The notes under the pieces are model-generated. The model was not told the DNA's origin and did not search any database. It was given only the letters and a program-made list of their open reading frames with translations. Both the position numbers and the translations under genes were made by a program. 64,000 nucleotides of DNA from the IMG/VR virus record IMGVR_UViG_3300031227_000015; one strand, written 5' to 3'. Origin of the DNA: a virus. This document shows, piece by piece, positions 17,660 through 28,017 of this stretch (position 1 is the first letter of the stretch; every line of letters begins with the position of its first letter).

Positions 17660-17745
17660 AGGAGGACAGAGGGTAGCTCCCTTTGGTTGAATGCCACTAC
17701 ATCTAACCTAACTCCTTTTAAATAAACCTTAGTGGGGGTAATATT
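17660..17745 (+). promoter_or_regulatory. Three-way-junction cis RNA with RBS pseudoknot (copy A)
   Basis: AGGAG-GA-CAG..hairpin..GGTTGAATG-CCACTA-CATCTAACC-TAA-CTCCT; loop pairs with TAGTGG at the RBS. Confidence 0.7.
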
Positions 17746-18627
17746 ATGAAAAAACTTAATTATAATTATGTAAAGGAACAAATAGAGAAAGAAGGATATC
17801 AATTACTTAGCAAAGAATATGTTAATAATAGAACCAAATTAAAAATACAATGTAGTAAAGGGCATAAATTTGAAATGCGATATTGTCATTTACAACAAGG
17901 ACAAAAATGTCCAAATTGTAATAATGATAACATCAGACTTAGTTATGATTATGTAAAGGAACAAATAGAAAGTGTTGAAGGTTATAAATTATTGTCACCA
18001 ACTTATAAAAATAGTAGGTCAAAAATAAAGGTACAATGTAGTAAAGGGCATATTTATAATGTTACTTATGGTAATTTTTATATGGGATATAGGTGTCCAT
18101 ATTGTGCGGGTATAAAATGCCATATATATGATTATGTAAAGGAACAAATAGAAAGTGTTGAAGGTTATAAATTATTGTCACCAACTTATAAAAATAGTAA
18201 AACCAAATTAAAAATACGGTGTGGTAAAGGACATGAATATGAGGTTGTATATGGCAGTTTTCATAGTGGTAGAAGATGCCCATATTGTAATAAATTTAAA
18301 GGAACATCAAAAGCAGAAAAAGAAATTGATGAAATGGTTAAGGAATTTCTACCTAATGAAAATATAATAGAGAATGACCGTACTCAAATAATTAATCCAC
18401 GAACAGGACACAATCTTGAACTTGATGTATGGATACCTTCATTGAAGAAGGCAATTGAATATAATGGCATATATTGGCATTCAGGTAATTTAACAAAAGA
18501 AAAAGATAAGGAAAAAATAAAACAATGCAAAGAAAAGGGTATAGAATTGTTAATTATAGAGGAAGAAGATTGGTATAGTAATAAAAATAATTGCATTGAA
18601 TTATTAAAGGATTTTATAAATGACTAG
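17746..18627 (+). CDS. Zinc-ribbon-repeat PD-(D/E)XK endonuclease (homing-endonuclease-like)
   Basis: Three C..GH....CP.C repeats; ELDVWIPSLKKAIEYNGIYWH. Confidence 0.8.
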   Translation: MKKLNYNYVKEQIEKEGYQLLSKEYVNNRTKLKIQCSKGHKFEMRYCHLQQGQKCPNCNNDNIRLSYDYVKEQIESVEGYKLLSPTYKNSRSKIKVQCSKGHIYNVTYGNFYMGYRCPYCAGIKCHIYDYVKEQIESVEGYKLLSPTYKNSKTKLKIRCGKGHEYEVVYGSFHSGRRCPYCNKFKGTSKAEKEIDEMVKEFLPNENIIENDRTQIINPRTGHNLELDVWIPSLKKAIEYNGIYWHSGNLTKEKDKEKIKQCKEKGIELLIIEEEDWYSNKNNCIELLKDFIND

Positions 18628-19354
18628 ACTGAAACATTATATAGATGAAGAACTTATAAATGAAAGTATTAATGATAAAGGTATCTTACATGCCTGTTTT
18701 TTATCTGGAATGAGTGGAAGCGGCAAATCGTATACAATCCAAAAAATTAAAGATGGTTCTATTGAGCCAAGAATTGTTAACACCGATAAAATGACAGAGC
18801 ATTTAAAAGCTTATGATATTGATAAATGGATTGATGTTGAAGATATTGTAAAAAGAACTACAAAGAACCAGTTAGTTCTTTATCTTAATAGCTTATTACC
18901 ATTATGGATTGATGGTACGTCTGCAAAACCCGCTTCTGTAATGAGAAGAAGTGGTATATTAAAATCAATAGGATATGATGTAAGTATGGTCTGGGTTACA
19001 GTATCTCTTGAGACTGCCTTAATTAGAACTAAAGAAAGATCTAAAACTGGTCGTGAAGTACCAGAAAAAATAGTTATTAAAATGTATAATCAATTACGAG
19101 GACTTAAAAAATATTATTCTACTGAATTTAATCATTTTACAGAAATTAAAAATGATGAAGGGGAACTTACTAATAAAGTTATATTACAAGCATATAAAAG
19201 GGAGACGACATTTTTCAATTCTCCCGTTAAAAATCCTATAGGTATACATCAAATAAATAATATGAAGAAAAATGGTCATAAATATCTTATTGATACAAAA
19301 GAATATGATAAGAAATATTTGGATAAATTAGTATCCAGTTGGTATAGGAAATAA
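18620..19354 (+). CDS. P-loop kinase (zeta toxin/AAA_33-like) with leader
   Basis: GMSGSGKS, VNTD, IDGT, R...R...GR.VP. Confidence 0.75.
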   Translation: MTRLKHYIDEELINESINDKGILHACFLSGMSGSGKSYTIQKIKDGSIEPRIVNTDKMTEHLKAYDIDKWIDVEDIVKRTTKNQLVLYLNSLLPLWIDGTSAKPASVMRRSGILKSIGYDVSMVWVTVSLETALIRTKERSKTGREVPEKIVIKMYNQLRGLKKYYSTEFNHFTEIKNDEGELTNKVILQAYKRETTFFNSPVKNPIGIHQINNMKKNGHKYLIDTKEYDKKYLDKLVSSWYRK

Positions 19355-19358
19355 ACTA

Positions 19359-19973
19359 ATGACGAGACTACAACAATACCTTATAAATGAAGAGTTTCAA
19401 GATATCAATAAATTAGTTGCAATGCTTAAAGCTGATTGTAAGCCCTATCTATCATTACTCAAAAGAACTGATAAAATGTTATGTAGAGGTATTGACTCTC
19501 CTCCTAAAACTAATATTTATGAAAATGAAGTATATTATTTTAAAAGTAAACCTCGTAAAGATCGTAGACCATTAAGCACAGGACCGTTAGTACATAAGCA
19601 ATTAGATGATCTGTTCAAAAAGAAGTTCGGATGGAAAGCAAGGAGTGAAGGAGTGTTTGTAAGCTCTGATTATGGAACAGCATCAGGATATGGACATACT
19701 TATTTCTTTTTCCCTATAGGACAATTTAAGTATGTATGGTCTCCCAAGGTAGGGGACATATGGATATATCTTAAATCACATATAAGCAGTAGAAAAGGAA
19801 AGAGTGAACAACCAGATTTATCAGCAACAGTAGATTCATATATAGATAAAAGTTTAGTGAAGGCTATAGAATTGGAGCATGAAGTGGCAATTAAATGTAA
19901 AGAGTACTATATGGTTGATGTGGAACTTGATGGAGAAACCTTTTCAAGAGTATTTAAGGATGCATTGCTATGA
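19359..19973 (+). CDS. Leader-bearing protein, paralog of 43836-44564 (possible ART-like fold)
   Basis: MTRLQQYLINEE; CKP, RG, R.DR.P, FGW..RS.GVF, YG, P.G..KYVW. Confidence 0.6.
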   Translation: MTRLQQYLINEEFQDINKLVAMLKADCKPYLSLLKRTDKMLCRGIDSPPKTNIYENEVYYFKSKPRKDRRPLSTGPLVHKQLDDLFKKKFGWKARSEGVFVSSDYGTASGYGHTYFFFPIGQFKYVWSPKVGDIWIYLKSHISSRKGKSEQPDLSATVDSYIDKSLVKAIELEHEVAIKCKEYYMVDVELDGETFSRVFKDALL

Positions 19974-20401
19974 GTAGATTCCAGAAATACCTTTTAAGAG
20001 AGTGGAAGGTAAATAAATCCTACTCAGGTAGAAGCATGATAAAACCTAATAGTACTATTTTATGGCAATATATACCTTCTAAAGGTCTTGTTTACACACT
20101 TTCTGATGGCACTACATATGTCAATAACAAAAAGATAGGTAAGATGATACGCTCGGATTCTCCACAAGCTACTCATAAGAAGCAATTAGCATCCTTTTAT
20201 AGTGAATTGGGGTTTAAGGATAAGGACAAGAGGCAATACATAGAAGATATATATGAAACTTTTGTTAGAGGAAGGATAGTAGACAAGAACATTTATGTGT
20301 ATTCTTCTGATTATGTTGGTATAGAGGCAAAAAAGTACAACAGAACTATGGATAAGGCAATTGATATGATTTATAAATATGTTGATGAGGATTATAATTA
20401 A
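19970..20401 (+). CDS. Leader-bearing hypothetical protein
   Basis: MSRFQKYLLRE; GRI...IYV...DKAI..IYKY shared with the 22700 and 43435 ORFs. Confidence 0.6.
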   Translation: MSRFQKYLLREWKVNKSYSGRSMIKPNSTILWQYIPSKGLVYTLSDGTTYVNNKKIGKMIRSDSPQATHKKQLASFYSELGFKDKDKRQYIEDIYETFVRGRIVDKNIYVYSSDYVGIEAKKYNRTMDKAIDMIYKYVDEDYN

Positions 20402-20402
20402 T

Positions 20403-21827
20403 ATGAGACTCCAGAGATATATAAATGAAGCAAAGGAACAACTAAAGCAATGGAAGGACTATGTGAGGTCTAACAAAATGCTCAAAGCAGCTGTTAAAAT
20501 ATTAGAAAAAATTAATAAGAAAGGATACAAAGCATATATAGTTGGTGGAACTGTCCGTGATATAATCCTTGGAGAAAAACCTCATGATGTTGATATTGCT
20601 ACTAATATGCCTATACCCGAAATAGAAAAATTATATAAGACCTATGATATTGGTAAATCTAAGACATTTGGTATTGTTGTTGTTAAAGAAGGAGGTTATG
20701 ATTTTGAGCTGGCTTTATTCAGGAATGACGGGAAATATTCTGATGGGAGGAGACCCGAATCTGTTATTGTTACTGGTTCGTTTGAGCAAGATGCTTCTCG
20801 TAGAGATTTTACTATCAACGCTATGGGAATCAATGCGAAAGGTGAAATTTTGGATTACTTCGATGGTAAGAAGGATATTAAGAACAAGGTTTTAAGAACA
20901 GTTGGTAATCCACATGAACGATTTGGAGAAGATTACCTTAGGATGATGAGAGCACCGAGATTTGCTTCTAAACTTGGATTTGATATAGAGAAGGGTACTA
21001 AGAAAGCAATCAAGAAACTATCTAAAAATATTATTAAGTTATCCCCTGAACGCATAAAGGATGAGATAATGAAATCAGCTGCTCAATCAGGAGACAAGTT
21101 CGCTAAGTATATCATACAGTTGGATAAGTTAGGTATACTCAAACATATACTACCAGAGATAAAACAGTTACAATATAGTCCTGAAGATCTAACACACCAT
21201 CCTGAAACTATCGGTAAGGGCGGAAGTCCATTTGCTCATACTATGGAAGCACTTAAAGTTTCTAATACAAGAGAACCTTTGAAGAACCTTGCTATACTTT
21301 TACATGATGTTGGAAAGGGTGTTACGTTTTCTGATACAACACCAGGTAAGATTTATACATATTATGGACATGATGCTGAAGGTGTAAAACTTATAGAGGA
21401 AATTGCTAAGAGATTGAAGATGTCTAATAAGGAAAGAGATACTTTATTATTTACAGCGGCTAACCATATGAAATTCCACCGTATGAAGGAGATGAAACCC
21501 TCTAAAATATTCAAATTAGTTAATGATGATAATTGGGATGCATTAATTTCTGTAGCTATGGCTGATGAATTTTCAAGAGGAGAGAAGTTCATGAGTAAGA
21601 AGGATTTTGATGCCTCTTTAAAGGCTGCTATAAAGATAAAAGAGAAATGGGGTAAGAAGGAAGTTAAAAAGAGGATGAAACTTGTGGATGGTAATCATGT
21701 GATGGAATTGTTGGGTATAGGTCCAGGTAAAAAGGTTGGAGAAGTGATAAGGAAAACAACTGAATGGATATTAGATATGGATATTTCAAAACAAGAAGAA
21801 ATAGATAAGTATATAAGGGGTATATAA
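20403..21827 (+). CDS. cca: CCA-adding tRNA nucleotidyltransferase with HD domain and leader
   Basis: VGGTVRD, DVDIAT, RRDFTINA, EDYLRMMRA.RF, ERI, HT..LLHDVGK; MRLQRYINE leader. Confidence 0.9.
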   Translation: MRLQRYINEAKEQLKQWKDYVRSNKMLKAAVKILEKINKKGYKAYIVGGTVRDIILGEKPHDVDIATNMPIPEIEKLYKTYDIGKSKTFGIVVVKEGGYDFELALFRNDGKYSDGRRPESVIVTGSFEQDASRRDFTINAMGINAKGEILDYFDGKKDIKNKVLRTVGNPHERFGEDYLRMMRAPRFASKLGFDIEKGTKKAIKKLSKNIIKLSPERIKDEIMKSAAQSGDKFAKYIIQLDKLGILKHILPEIKQLQYSPEDLTHHPETIGKGGSPFAHTMEALKVSNTREPLKNLAILLHDVGKGVTFSDTTPGKIYTYYGHDAEGVKLIEEIAKRLKMSNKERDTLLFTAANHMKFHRMKEMKPSKIFKLVNDDNWDALISVAMADEFSRGEKFMSKKDFDASLKAAIKIKEKWGKKEVKKRMKLVDGNHVMELLGIGPGKKVGEVIRKTTEWILDMDISKQEEIDKYIRGI

Positions 21828-21873
21828 GGAAGGGGTATATTATGAGATTATAACAATATATAAGGAGGTTATT

Positions 21874-22209
21874 ATGAGTATACAAGAAAAAATAGAAAAA
21901 TATTTGGTTAATGAAGGTAAAGATGAGTATAAATATGATACTATGTTAGCTGATAATATTGCTGATATTATTGAAACACATTTAAAAGGAAAAAACGCAT
22001 ATATTAAAGGTGAAAAACTTATCAAAAAGGAAATAAAAGAAGCTAAAAAAAGAACAGGATATAAAGGAAAAAATTGGAAAGAACTTTTACAAGATGCTGT
22101 AGATAATCTTGAAATTATGTATGATTATGAAATACATGATGCACCTGTTAGTAGTAATAAAGGTAATAAAATATCTAATTTTATAGATATACTTGAGAAG
22201 ATAAAATGA
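21874..22209 (+). CDS. Leader-bearing hypothetical protein
   Basis: IEKYLVNE; AAGGAGG RBS. Confidence 0.6.
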   Translation: MSIQEKIEKYLVNEGKDEYKYDTMLADNIADIIETHLKGKNAYIKGEKLIKKEIKEAKKRTGYKGKNWKELLQDAVDNLEIMYDYEIHDAPVSSNKGNKISNFIDILEKIK

Positions 22210-22703
22210 GATTAGAACAGTATATAAATGAAGGTTCAGAAGAATTTTATGACATCTTAGCCTCCAACCACAAGAAATTTCATGAACACATGACCAGTAT
22301 GGATGAAATGTTTGATAAGGATGTGAAGTTGGATAAACCAATGTGGGATGGTAAATATTTTACTGTAAAGTTCACTGTAGAAAATACCATATATACATTC
22401 AAAGCCATGGAGAATGATAAAAATGAATATTCCATACTTTTTTACTCCTTCGACAAAAATTTATTTGACATAAAAGGTGATAAAAGATATGTAGGTGATG
22501 TGTTTTCAGGAGTTGTTAAATCATTACAAGCACTTATTAAAACAAGAAATGTGGAAATGTTTTGGTTTAACACTAATGAGCCTAAATTGATAAAACTATA
22601 TGACAAGGTACTAAAGAAATTAGAAAGGAAGTTTAAAGGATATGAGTTTGATAAATCCTTAGTAGTTGATGATTACAAATTCTGGAGATTTGAGAAAAAA
22701 TGA
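22206..22703 (+). CDS. Leader-bearing protein, paralog of 23780
   Basis: MRLEQYINE; S..EMFDKDV, GDVFSGV. Confidence 0.6.
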   Translation: MRLEQYINEGSEEFYDILASNHKKFHEHMTSMDEMFDKDVKLDKPMWDGKYFTVKFTVENTIYTFKAMENDKNEYSILFYSFDKNLFDIKGDKRYVGDVFSGVVKSLQALIKTRNVEMFWFNTNEPKLIKLYDKVLKKLERKFKGYEFDKSLVVDDYKFWRFEKK

Positions 22704-23119
22704 GACTACAACAATACCTATTAAGAGAAGCAAGAGTAAGGAAGACAAATGCTGATGTCTTCTTAAATGATTACGCTCCTATTTTCATGTGGAGCCCTAA
22801 AGATGGATTCTTATGGGCTGTATGGGATGAAGATGAGAGATGGATGCTATTTCATGGGTCAAAAAAATTGGAAAAAAGATTTGAATATACACATACTTCT
22901 TATACACATCCCCAATTGTTAAATGCTTACAAGGGTAATGATAGGAACCTTGAAAAATTCATAACAGGAAGAATAAGCCCCGATGGAAGAACAATTTATG
23001 TGCATGATTTCGGTAGTAGACCTTACCTTGCTGATACTATAACAACTATTCGTTATGATAAATATGTTGATAAAGCAATAGATAATGTTTATAGGTATAT
23101 GAAGGGTTACATTAAATAA
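22700..23119 (+). CDS. Leader-bearing protein, paralog of 43435-43839
   Basis: MRLQQYLLREARVRKTNA. Confidence 0.6.
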   Translation: MRLQQYLLREARVRKTNADVFLNDYAPIFMWSPKDGFLWAVWDEDERWMLFHGSKKLEKRFEYTHTSYTHPQLLNAYKGNDRNLEKFITGRISPDGRTIYVHDFGSRPYLADTITTIRYDKYVDKAIDNVYRYMKGYIK

Positions 23120-23132
23120 GGAGATAATTAAT

Positions 23133-23447
23133 ATGAAACTAAAACAATATTTGCTGAATGAAGAAAGACTGAGTGGTGGCGACAAGAAGACCCTAAAGGG
23201 GTATATCAAAAATCCTAAAAAAGCTTCCTTCTTGTTAAGTTCATTTTCCAAGAATTATGATGAATCGGAAAGAGAAGTAGATGTTGAGAAATTGAAAGAT
23301 GGGGTAGAATTTACTTATAATATGGATCACTATGAACTGACAAATGCTTTAGTCAATATGGTTGATAGTATGGATGAATATCAATTTAGTACCAGTGGTG
23401 AAAAACAAACCAATACCATGTACTTCAAGGTATCGAAGGAAAAATAA
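23133..23447 (+). CDS. Leader-bearing hypothetical protein
   Basis: MKLKQYLLNEE. Confidence 0.6.
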   Translation: MKLKQYLLNEERLSGGDKKTLKGYIKNPKKASFLLSSFSKNYDESEREVDVEKLKDGVEFTYNMDHYELTNALVNMVDSMDEYQFSTSGEKQTNTMYFKVSKEK

Positions 23448-23783
23448 ATGAGTATAACCTATACACCAAAGGGCACTCCAGCGATGAAAATTGGAAATTA
23501 TCAATTAACCTTAACTTCTACCAGTGGGGATAAGGAAAAATGGAAATGGTTAACTGTTTCTACTGGCAGTAATAGAGACATAGTACCATTTACTCTTCTT
23601 GGTCTAAAACAAAAGGTGGTACCTCTAAAGCTCAGGAATAGAATGAAGAAAGTATTTAAGAAGTATGTTGCTAAGGATGGGTTCATATACAAGAAAGATG
23701 TAGAGAAGTTATGCAATGATCTTAGTATAATGGATGAGAGTGTTACTAACCGTATGGATGATTTACTGGATTTATTACTATGA
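23448..23783 (+). CDS. Hypothetical protein
   Basis: ORF in operon. Confidence 0.55.
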   Translation: MSITYTPKGTPAMKIGNYQLTLTSTSGDKEKWKWLTVSTGSNRDIVPFTLLGLKQKVVPLKLRNRMKKVFKKYVAKDGFIYKKDVEKLCNDLSIMDESVTNRMDDLLDLLL

Positions 23784-24310
23784 AATTTCAACGATATATG
23801 GATGAAGATGGACATATTGAAATTTTAACAAGTTGGGAATATCAAAATCAACTTCATGGATTTAAATCATTAGAAGAAATGTTTGATAAAGATGTTGAAT
23901 TTGGTAAAGTAACAAATACTAAAGAGTTATTGATGGTAAACTTCAGCACAAGTAACGATAAATGGGCATTCAAAGCTAGTAGGGTATTAGGAGAAGATGA
24001 TATATATGGTATTTTATTTAATAAAGTAGGAGATAAACCTGAAAATATGTTTAATCCAAAGGGTGGTAGTGATTATACTGGTGATGTGTTTAGTGGTGTG
24101 TTCAGATGTATTGAAAAATTGATAAAGGATAGAAATAGAAATGTAAATGGTATAGCCTTTAAAACTGTTGATAGGAAGTTGTTATCATTATATAAGAGAA
24201 TGTCAAAATGGGTAGAAAAGAGATTCCCGAATTTTGTGTTTCAAAAGGAATTACATAAAAAAAACTCTACTGAATTCGTATTTATGAGAAAGGGGATTGA
24301 GATTAGATGA
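23780..24310 (+). CDS. Leader-bearing protein, paralog of 22206
   Basis: MKFQRYMDE; GDVFSGV. Confidence 0.6.
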   Translation: MKFQRYMDEDGHIEILTSWEYQNQLHGFKSLEEMFDKDVEFGKVTNTKELLMVNFSTSNDKWAFKASRVLGEDDIYGILFNKVGDKPENMFNPKGGSDYTGDVFSGVFRCIEKLIKDRNRNVNGIAFKTVDRKLLSLYKRMSKWVEKRFPNFVFQKELHKKNSTEFVFMRKGIEIR

Positions 24311-25038
24311 GACTAAAACAATACTTGAATGAGAAAAGGATTCGTAGATTTAGGTTTAAAAAGCAGAAGAAACGTATTGATCCTATAGTGCGCATAAAGA
24401 AGGCTGAATCTATAGTAAAGAAAGGGTTAGTTAAACTTACTAAAGAATTAAGTAGTGTAGGATGGAGTATTGAGTTCTTTGATCTTCTAAAAATCATGAG
24501 TTCAGTATGGAAAAGGGATCGTATAAAGTTTATTCCTGATGAAGGATTGGTTCGTATGAAAGAATTAAAAAACGCCAAGTATATGGATTCTGGTGATACT
24601 GATATAGATGGTGATATAGAATTACAAATTACTACAAGAATTATGGATTATATTTCTAAAGAGCAAAACAAGGAAAGTTTATCCAGTATAAAGAATGAGT
24701 TTGCACAAGAATTTGTTAGAGTGTTGTCTCATGAATTAGTACATAGAGCACAATGGCAATCTTATGGTGAGATAGTACATAAAAGCATTCTTAAAAATAG
24801 AAAGGTCAAGGATAGTTATGTACAGTATAAAGAGTACCTGAAATCTCCTCACGAAATGATGGCATACGCACAAGATGCAGCATATGAAATTTTTCAAAAC
24901 AGAGAGCCTGGTATATACTATTTATATCAATATTGGTTTGATGATGAGCCAGAAGTCTTTAAAAGCTTTGTAAAAATAATGAAGAAATCCTATAAGAAAA
25001 TCAGTGATGGGGAAGAGTTGATAATCGAGGTTAGATAA
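24307..25038 (+). CDS. Leader-bearing HExxH zinc-metallopeptidase-like protein
   Basis: MRLKQYLNE; LSHELVHRAQ...YL.SPHEMMAYA. Confidence 0.65.
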   Translation: MRLKQYLNEKRIRRFRFKKQKKRIDPIVRIKKAESIVKKGLVKLTKELSSVGWSIEFFDLLKIMSSVWKRDRIKFIPDEGLVRMKELKNAKYMDSGDTDIDGDIELQITTRIMDYISKEQNKESLSSIKNEFAQEFVRVLSHELVHRAQWQSYGEIVHKSILKNRKVKDSYVQYKEYLKSPHEMMAYAQDAAYEIFQNREPGIYYLYQYWFDDEPEVFKSFVKIMKKSYKKISDGEELIIEVR

Positions 25039-25040
25039 TT

Positions 25041-25355
25041 ATGAGATTTTTACAATACTTAAATGAAGAATTGTTTACAACAGGACAAACAGATACATGG
25101 GATAGTAAAAAATTTAAACCTCTTGAAGTTTTTATAAATCCTTCTAGAAGTGAATTAAGAGGAATATCAAAGCATGTTAGATATGTAATTGATAATAAAA
25201 CTAAAACACTTTATGCATGGAATGGTACATGGGCATTACATTCTGATGTATGGAAAAATATTCTAAAGAAGAAACTTAAAGATAGTAGAAATTTTGATGA
25301 TGTTACATTAAGGCGTAGTAGTTATGCTACTGGTGATCGTTATCCTAATAGATAA
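25041..25355 (+). CDS. Leader-bearing protein, paralog of 55095-55514
   Basis: MRFLQYLNEE; F.NP...E..VR...DNKTK.LY.W. Confidence 0.55.
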   Translation: MRFLQYLNEELFTTGQTDTWDSKKFKPLEVFINPSRSELRGISKHVRYVIDNKTKTLYAWNGTWALHSDVWKNILKKKLKDSRNFDDVTLRRSSYATGDRYPNR

Positions 25356-25368
25356 TAATCTGACACAA

Positions 25369-26799
25369 TCATAATTCTATTCTGTTACCCTCCTCTAACA
25401 ATATTTCCTCAGTTTCAAATCCTTCAGAACCGTAATAACGAAACCTTACATTACCATGCTTGTTCAAGTATTTGGTGTGATCATGAATATCGAATATAAT
25501 AGCACCTTCCTTCTTGTTAGCATGCTTCCTCAAAGCCCTACCTATACTTTGTAACACCCTTATCTTACTCATAAAAGGGCTCCCAAACACTATATACTTC
25601 AAATTAGGAATATTTATACCTTGTGCAAAAATGCCGTAGGTGGCAATCAGTATGATATCCTTACGTTTCATACACCTTTTACGCCATTTCTCCCTTTCTT
25701 CCACATTATCCTTACCAGATAGGAACACAATTTCCTTTTTAGTTACCCCTTTAAGCCAATCCTTTAAGTAGTCTCCTTCCTTTTCTACTTTACCCACAAG
25801 TATAAGGACATTATGATCTAAAGAATTAACAATACTCTTAATCACATTCAACCTATAGTCATTAGTAAAAACAAAATCCTTAACTTCATTGTAATCTCCC
25901 TCAAATTGGTTCTGATATTCAATATTGATAACCTTTACCGTGCATTTAGCTATGTAACCCTCTTCAGCAAGGAAGCCTGAGCTATAATCAGCAATTACAG
26001 GTCCTAAGTAGCTTAATGTATTGAGTAAATCTAATTTACCTTGATGAAGTGTGCCTGTAAAACCTAAACGATAATTGGCTAAACTATTAACTAAGATCTT
26101 TTTTAAGGAATGGGATTTCACTGAATGTGCCTCATCACATATAACACAATCATATAATTTTAGTTTATTGGGATTTTTAATTAATGTCTGCCACGTCGAT
26201 ATTACTATGTTCTTATCCCATTCTTTAGCCTTTGCATACACCTTTCCTATAGAATACCTTTCACTCATTCCGTATTCTTCCATATCATTATAGAATTGCT
26301 CTACTAAAGATTTATTAGGGACTATAATGATGGACTGTTTTGCCTTTTTGTTTTCTAAAAGGGTTTTGAGGACATAAGCAATCACTAAACTTTTACCAGA
26401 CGCAGTTGCCGATCTAATTATACCCTTAGTATACTTGAGGGATTTTTGGATGCAGTCCAATTGGAATGGGTAGGGTTTCAAGGAAAGGTCTTGTTTGATT
26501 TTGAGAGAAGGACCTTTGAATATAGATTTGACATCATCATCCATTACTAATGTTATACGGGGAAATGTTGTTTTGTTTACCCTCATAATTTCTGTAAGAA
26601 GCCCATAAGGTAAAGAATTATCAGCTCTTATTAAACAGGTCTTACCATCCCAACCTCCAGATTTGAAAGCAGGCATCCAGTTATACCCATCAACGAGATA
26701 GGTAAACTCTTTTTTGAGTAATTTTAAATAATCTTCATCTTCTGATTGAATCTGAATGTTAAGAAGGTCCCTACGGACTATATGAACTATGTTATCCAC
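25369..26799 (-). CDS. uvsW: UvsW-like SF2 DNA helicase
   Basis: WDGK, ATASGKS, DEAH, GFTGT, QGINIPNL, QSIGRALR. Confidence 0.92.
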   Translation of the reverse strand: MDNIVHIVRRDLLNIQIQSEDEDYLKLLKKEFTYLVDGYNWMPAFKSGGWDGKTCLIRADNSLPYGLLTEIMRVNKTTFPRITLVMDDDVKSIFKGPSLKIKQDLSLKPYPFQLDCIQKSLKYTKGIIRSATASGKSLVIAYVLKTLLENKKAKQSIIIVPNKSLVEQFYNDMEEYGMSERYSIGKVYAKAKEWDKNIVISTWQTLIKNPNKLKLYDCVICDEAHSVKSHSLKKILVNSLANYRLGFTGTLHQGKLDLLNTLSYLGPVIADYSSGFLAEEGYIAKCTVKVINIEYQNQFEGDYNEVKDFVFTNDYRLNVIKSIVNSLDHNVLILVGKVEKEGDYLKDWLKGVTKKEIVFLSGKDNVEEREKWRKRCMKRKDIILIATYGIFAQGINIPNLKYIVFGSPFMSKIRVLQSIGRALRKHANKKEGAIIFDIHDHTKYLNKHGNVRFRYYGSEGFETEEILLEEGNRIEL

Positions 26800-26834
26800 T
26801 TACAATCCCTTTCTTTCATTCTGTCCAAATTCTT

Positions 26835-27425
26835 TCATGTTACTATATGTTTCCAATTTTTACCATATTTTATACTACCTATTGTTGTTTTGGCTACATT
26901 ATAAATCTTAGAAATTTCCATATTTCCTTCACCTTTTTGTAATCTTTTCTTAATTTCTATAACTTCCTTTTCTGTAAGTTTAACAAGAGGATGTTTCTCT
27001 CCTACTCTACCATAACAAGGATTGTATATACCCTTTACATTAGCATGATTTTCTTTCATTTTTTTTATTGTTTTTTCGGAATGTTTTTTACCATACATAG
27101 GATTGTTTTTTCCTATATTATCATTTCCTCCCCAGGTAAGATTATATCCATTTTCAGTTTTAAAACTATGATATTGCTTTATATAATGGAATTCCATTTC
27201 ATCTAATTCTTCCTTAGATGAACATTCTTCAAGTATTTCCCATTCAAAATTTTCTTTCCCATACTTATTAAGAGCATTATGAAAATATATATTGTTATAT
27301 TTAAGTGATTCTCTTAAATGTTCTAATTTCCTTTTATGTAAACCCTGAATAGTCTGACCTATATAGCATTTACGATTAATTTTATTAGTTGATTTATAAA
27401 TTATTCCTAAAGGTTTTTCTTTCAT
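26835..27425 (-). CDS. GIY-YIG homing endonuclease with NUMOD3 repeats
   Basis: GIIYK.TNKIN.KCYIGQT, GYN...GG, NPMYGKKHSE; RBS AAGGAG supports start 27425. Confidence 0.88.
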   Translation of the reverse strand: MKEKPLGIIYKSTNKINRKCYIGQTIQGLHKRKLEHLRESLKYNNIYFHNALNKYGKENFEWEILEECSSKEELDEMEFHYIKQYHSFKTENGYNLTWGGNDNIGKNNPMYGKKHSEKTIKKMKENHANVKGIYNPCYGRVGEKHPLVKLTEKEVIEIKKRLQKGEGNMEISKIYNVAKTTIGSIKYGKNWKHIVT

Positions 27426-27456
27426 TTTGATATAGCTCCTTATATAAATAGAATTG

Positions 27457-27530
27457 TATGGAGGGACAATTTGGTAGATAGCTCCACCAAACCGGATAAG
27501 TGGTACCAAGCACCTATCCTTACCTTCATA
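27457..27530 (+). ncRNA. Inverted copy of the three-way-junction motif, antisense to the GIY-YIG leader
   Basis: TATGGAGG-GA-CA..TTTGGT/ACCAAA..GGATAAGTG/CACCTATCC-TTA-CCTTCATA; flanked by opposing TATAAATA motifs. Confidence 0.5.
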
Positions 27531-27560
27531 TATCTATTTATATTTTTAAGCTAAAATTAT

Positions 27561-27977
27561 TCATATTCCTCTCCTTTCATTTTCGGAAAATACTTTAATA
27601 TTCCAACCCATTTGTTTCAATCCAGACATACACATTTGAAAAAATTCCACTTTTACCTTCTGTTTCCTTAATATACCTTTCATTTGCTTTACTTTCTTAT
27701 CTTTTGGGAGATAATACTTTTCAATTTCTGTCTTTGTTAAACCTCTATCTTCATCAAATCTATAGTGATCATAACACTCTCCAGCAAGCACTTCCATTAA
27801 CTCTTCCAGTTTTTCATATGCCATTTTCTCTCTGTTGTATAAATCTTGGTATTTTATTACCTGGAAAGCATTTTCTTTTAGCTTCTCCTGAAGGTCTAAT
27901 TCATTAAAAGACACCATCTCCAATATGGGATGTTCTTTCATCAATTCTCTTAATATTACTTCTCTCTCATCTTCCAT
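27561..27977 (-). CDS. uvsY: UvsY-like recombination mediator
   Basis: Helical, about 140 aa, with YDHY, Y...D and GWNIK; adjacent to uvsW as in T4. Confidence 0.7.
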   Translation of the reverse strand: MEDEREVILRELMKEHPILEMVSFNELDLQEKLKENAFQVIKYQDLYNREKMAYEKLEELMEVLAGECYDHYRFDEDRGLTKTEIEKYYLPKDKKVKQMKGILRKQKVKVEFFQMCMSGLKQMGWNIKVFSENERRGI

Positions 27978-28017
27978 TTACATAATATAACACATTCGTA
28001 CAGTATTGTAAACTTGA

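Noticed and set aside
26835-27530. Group I intron around the GIY-YIG gene
   Set aside because: Flanking uvsW and uvsY genes are intact and no intron core was recognised; the gene appears free-standing
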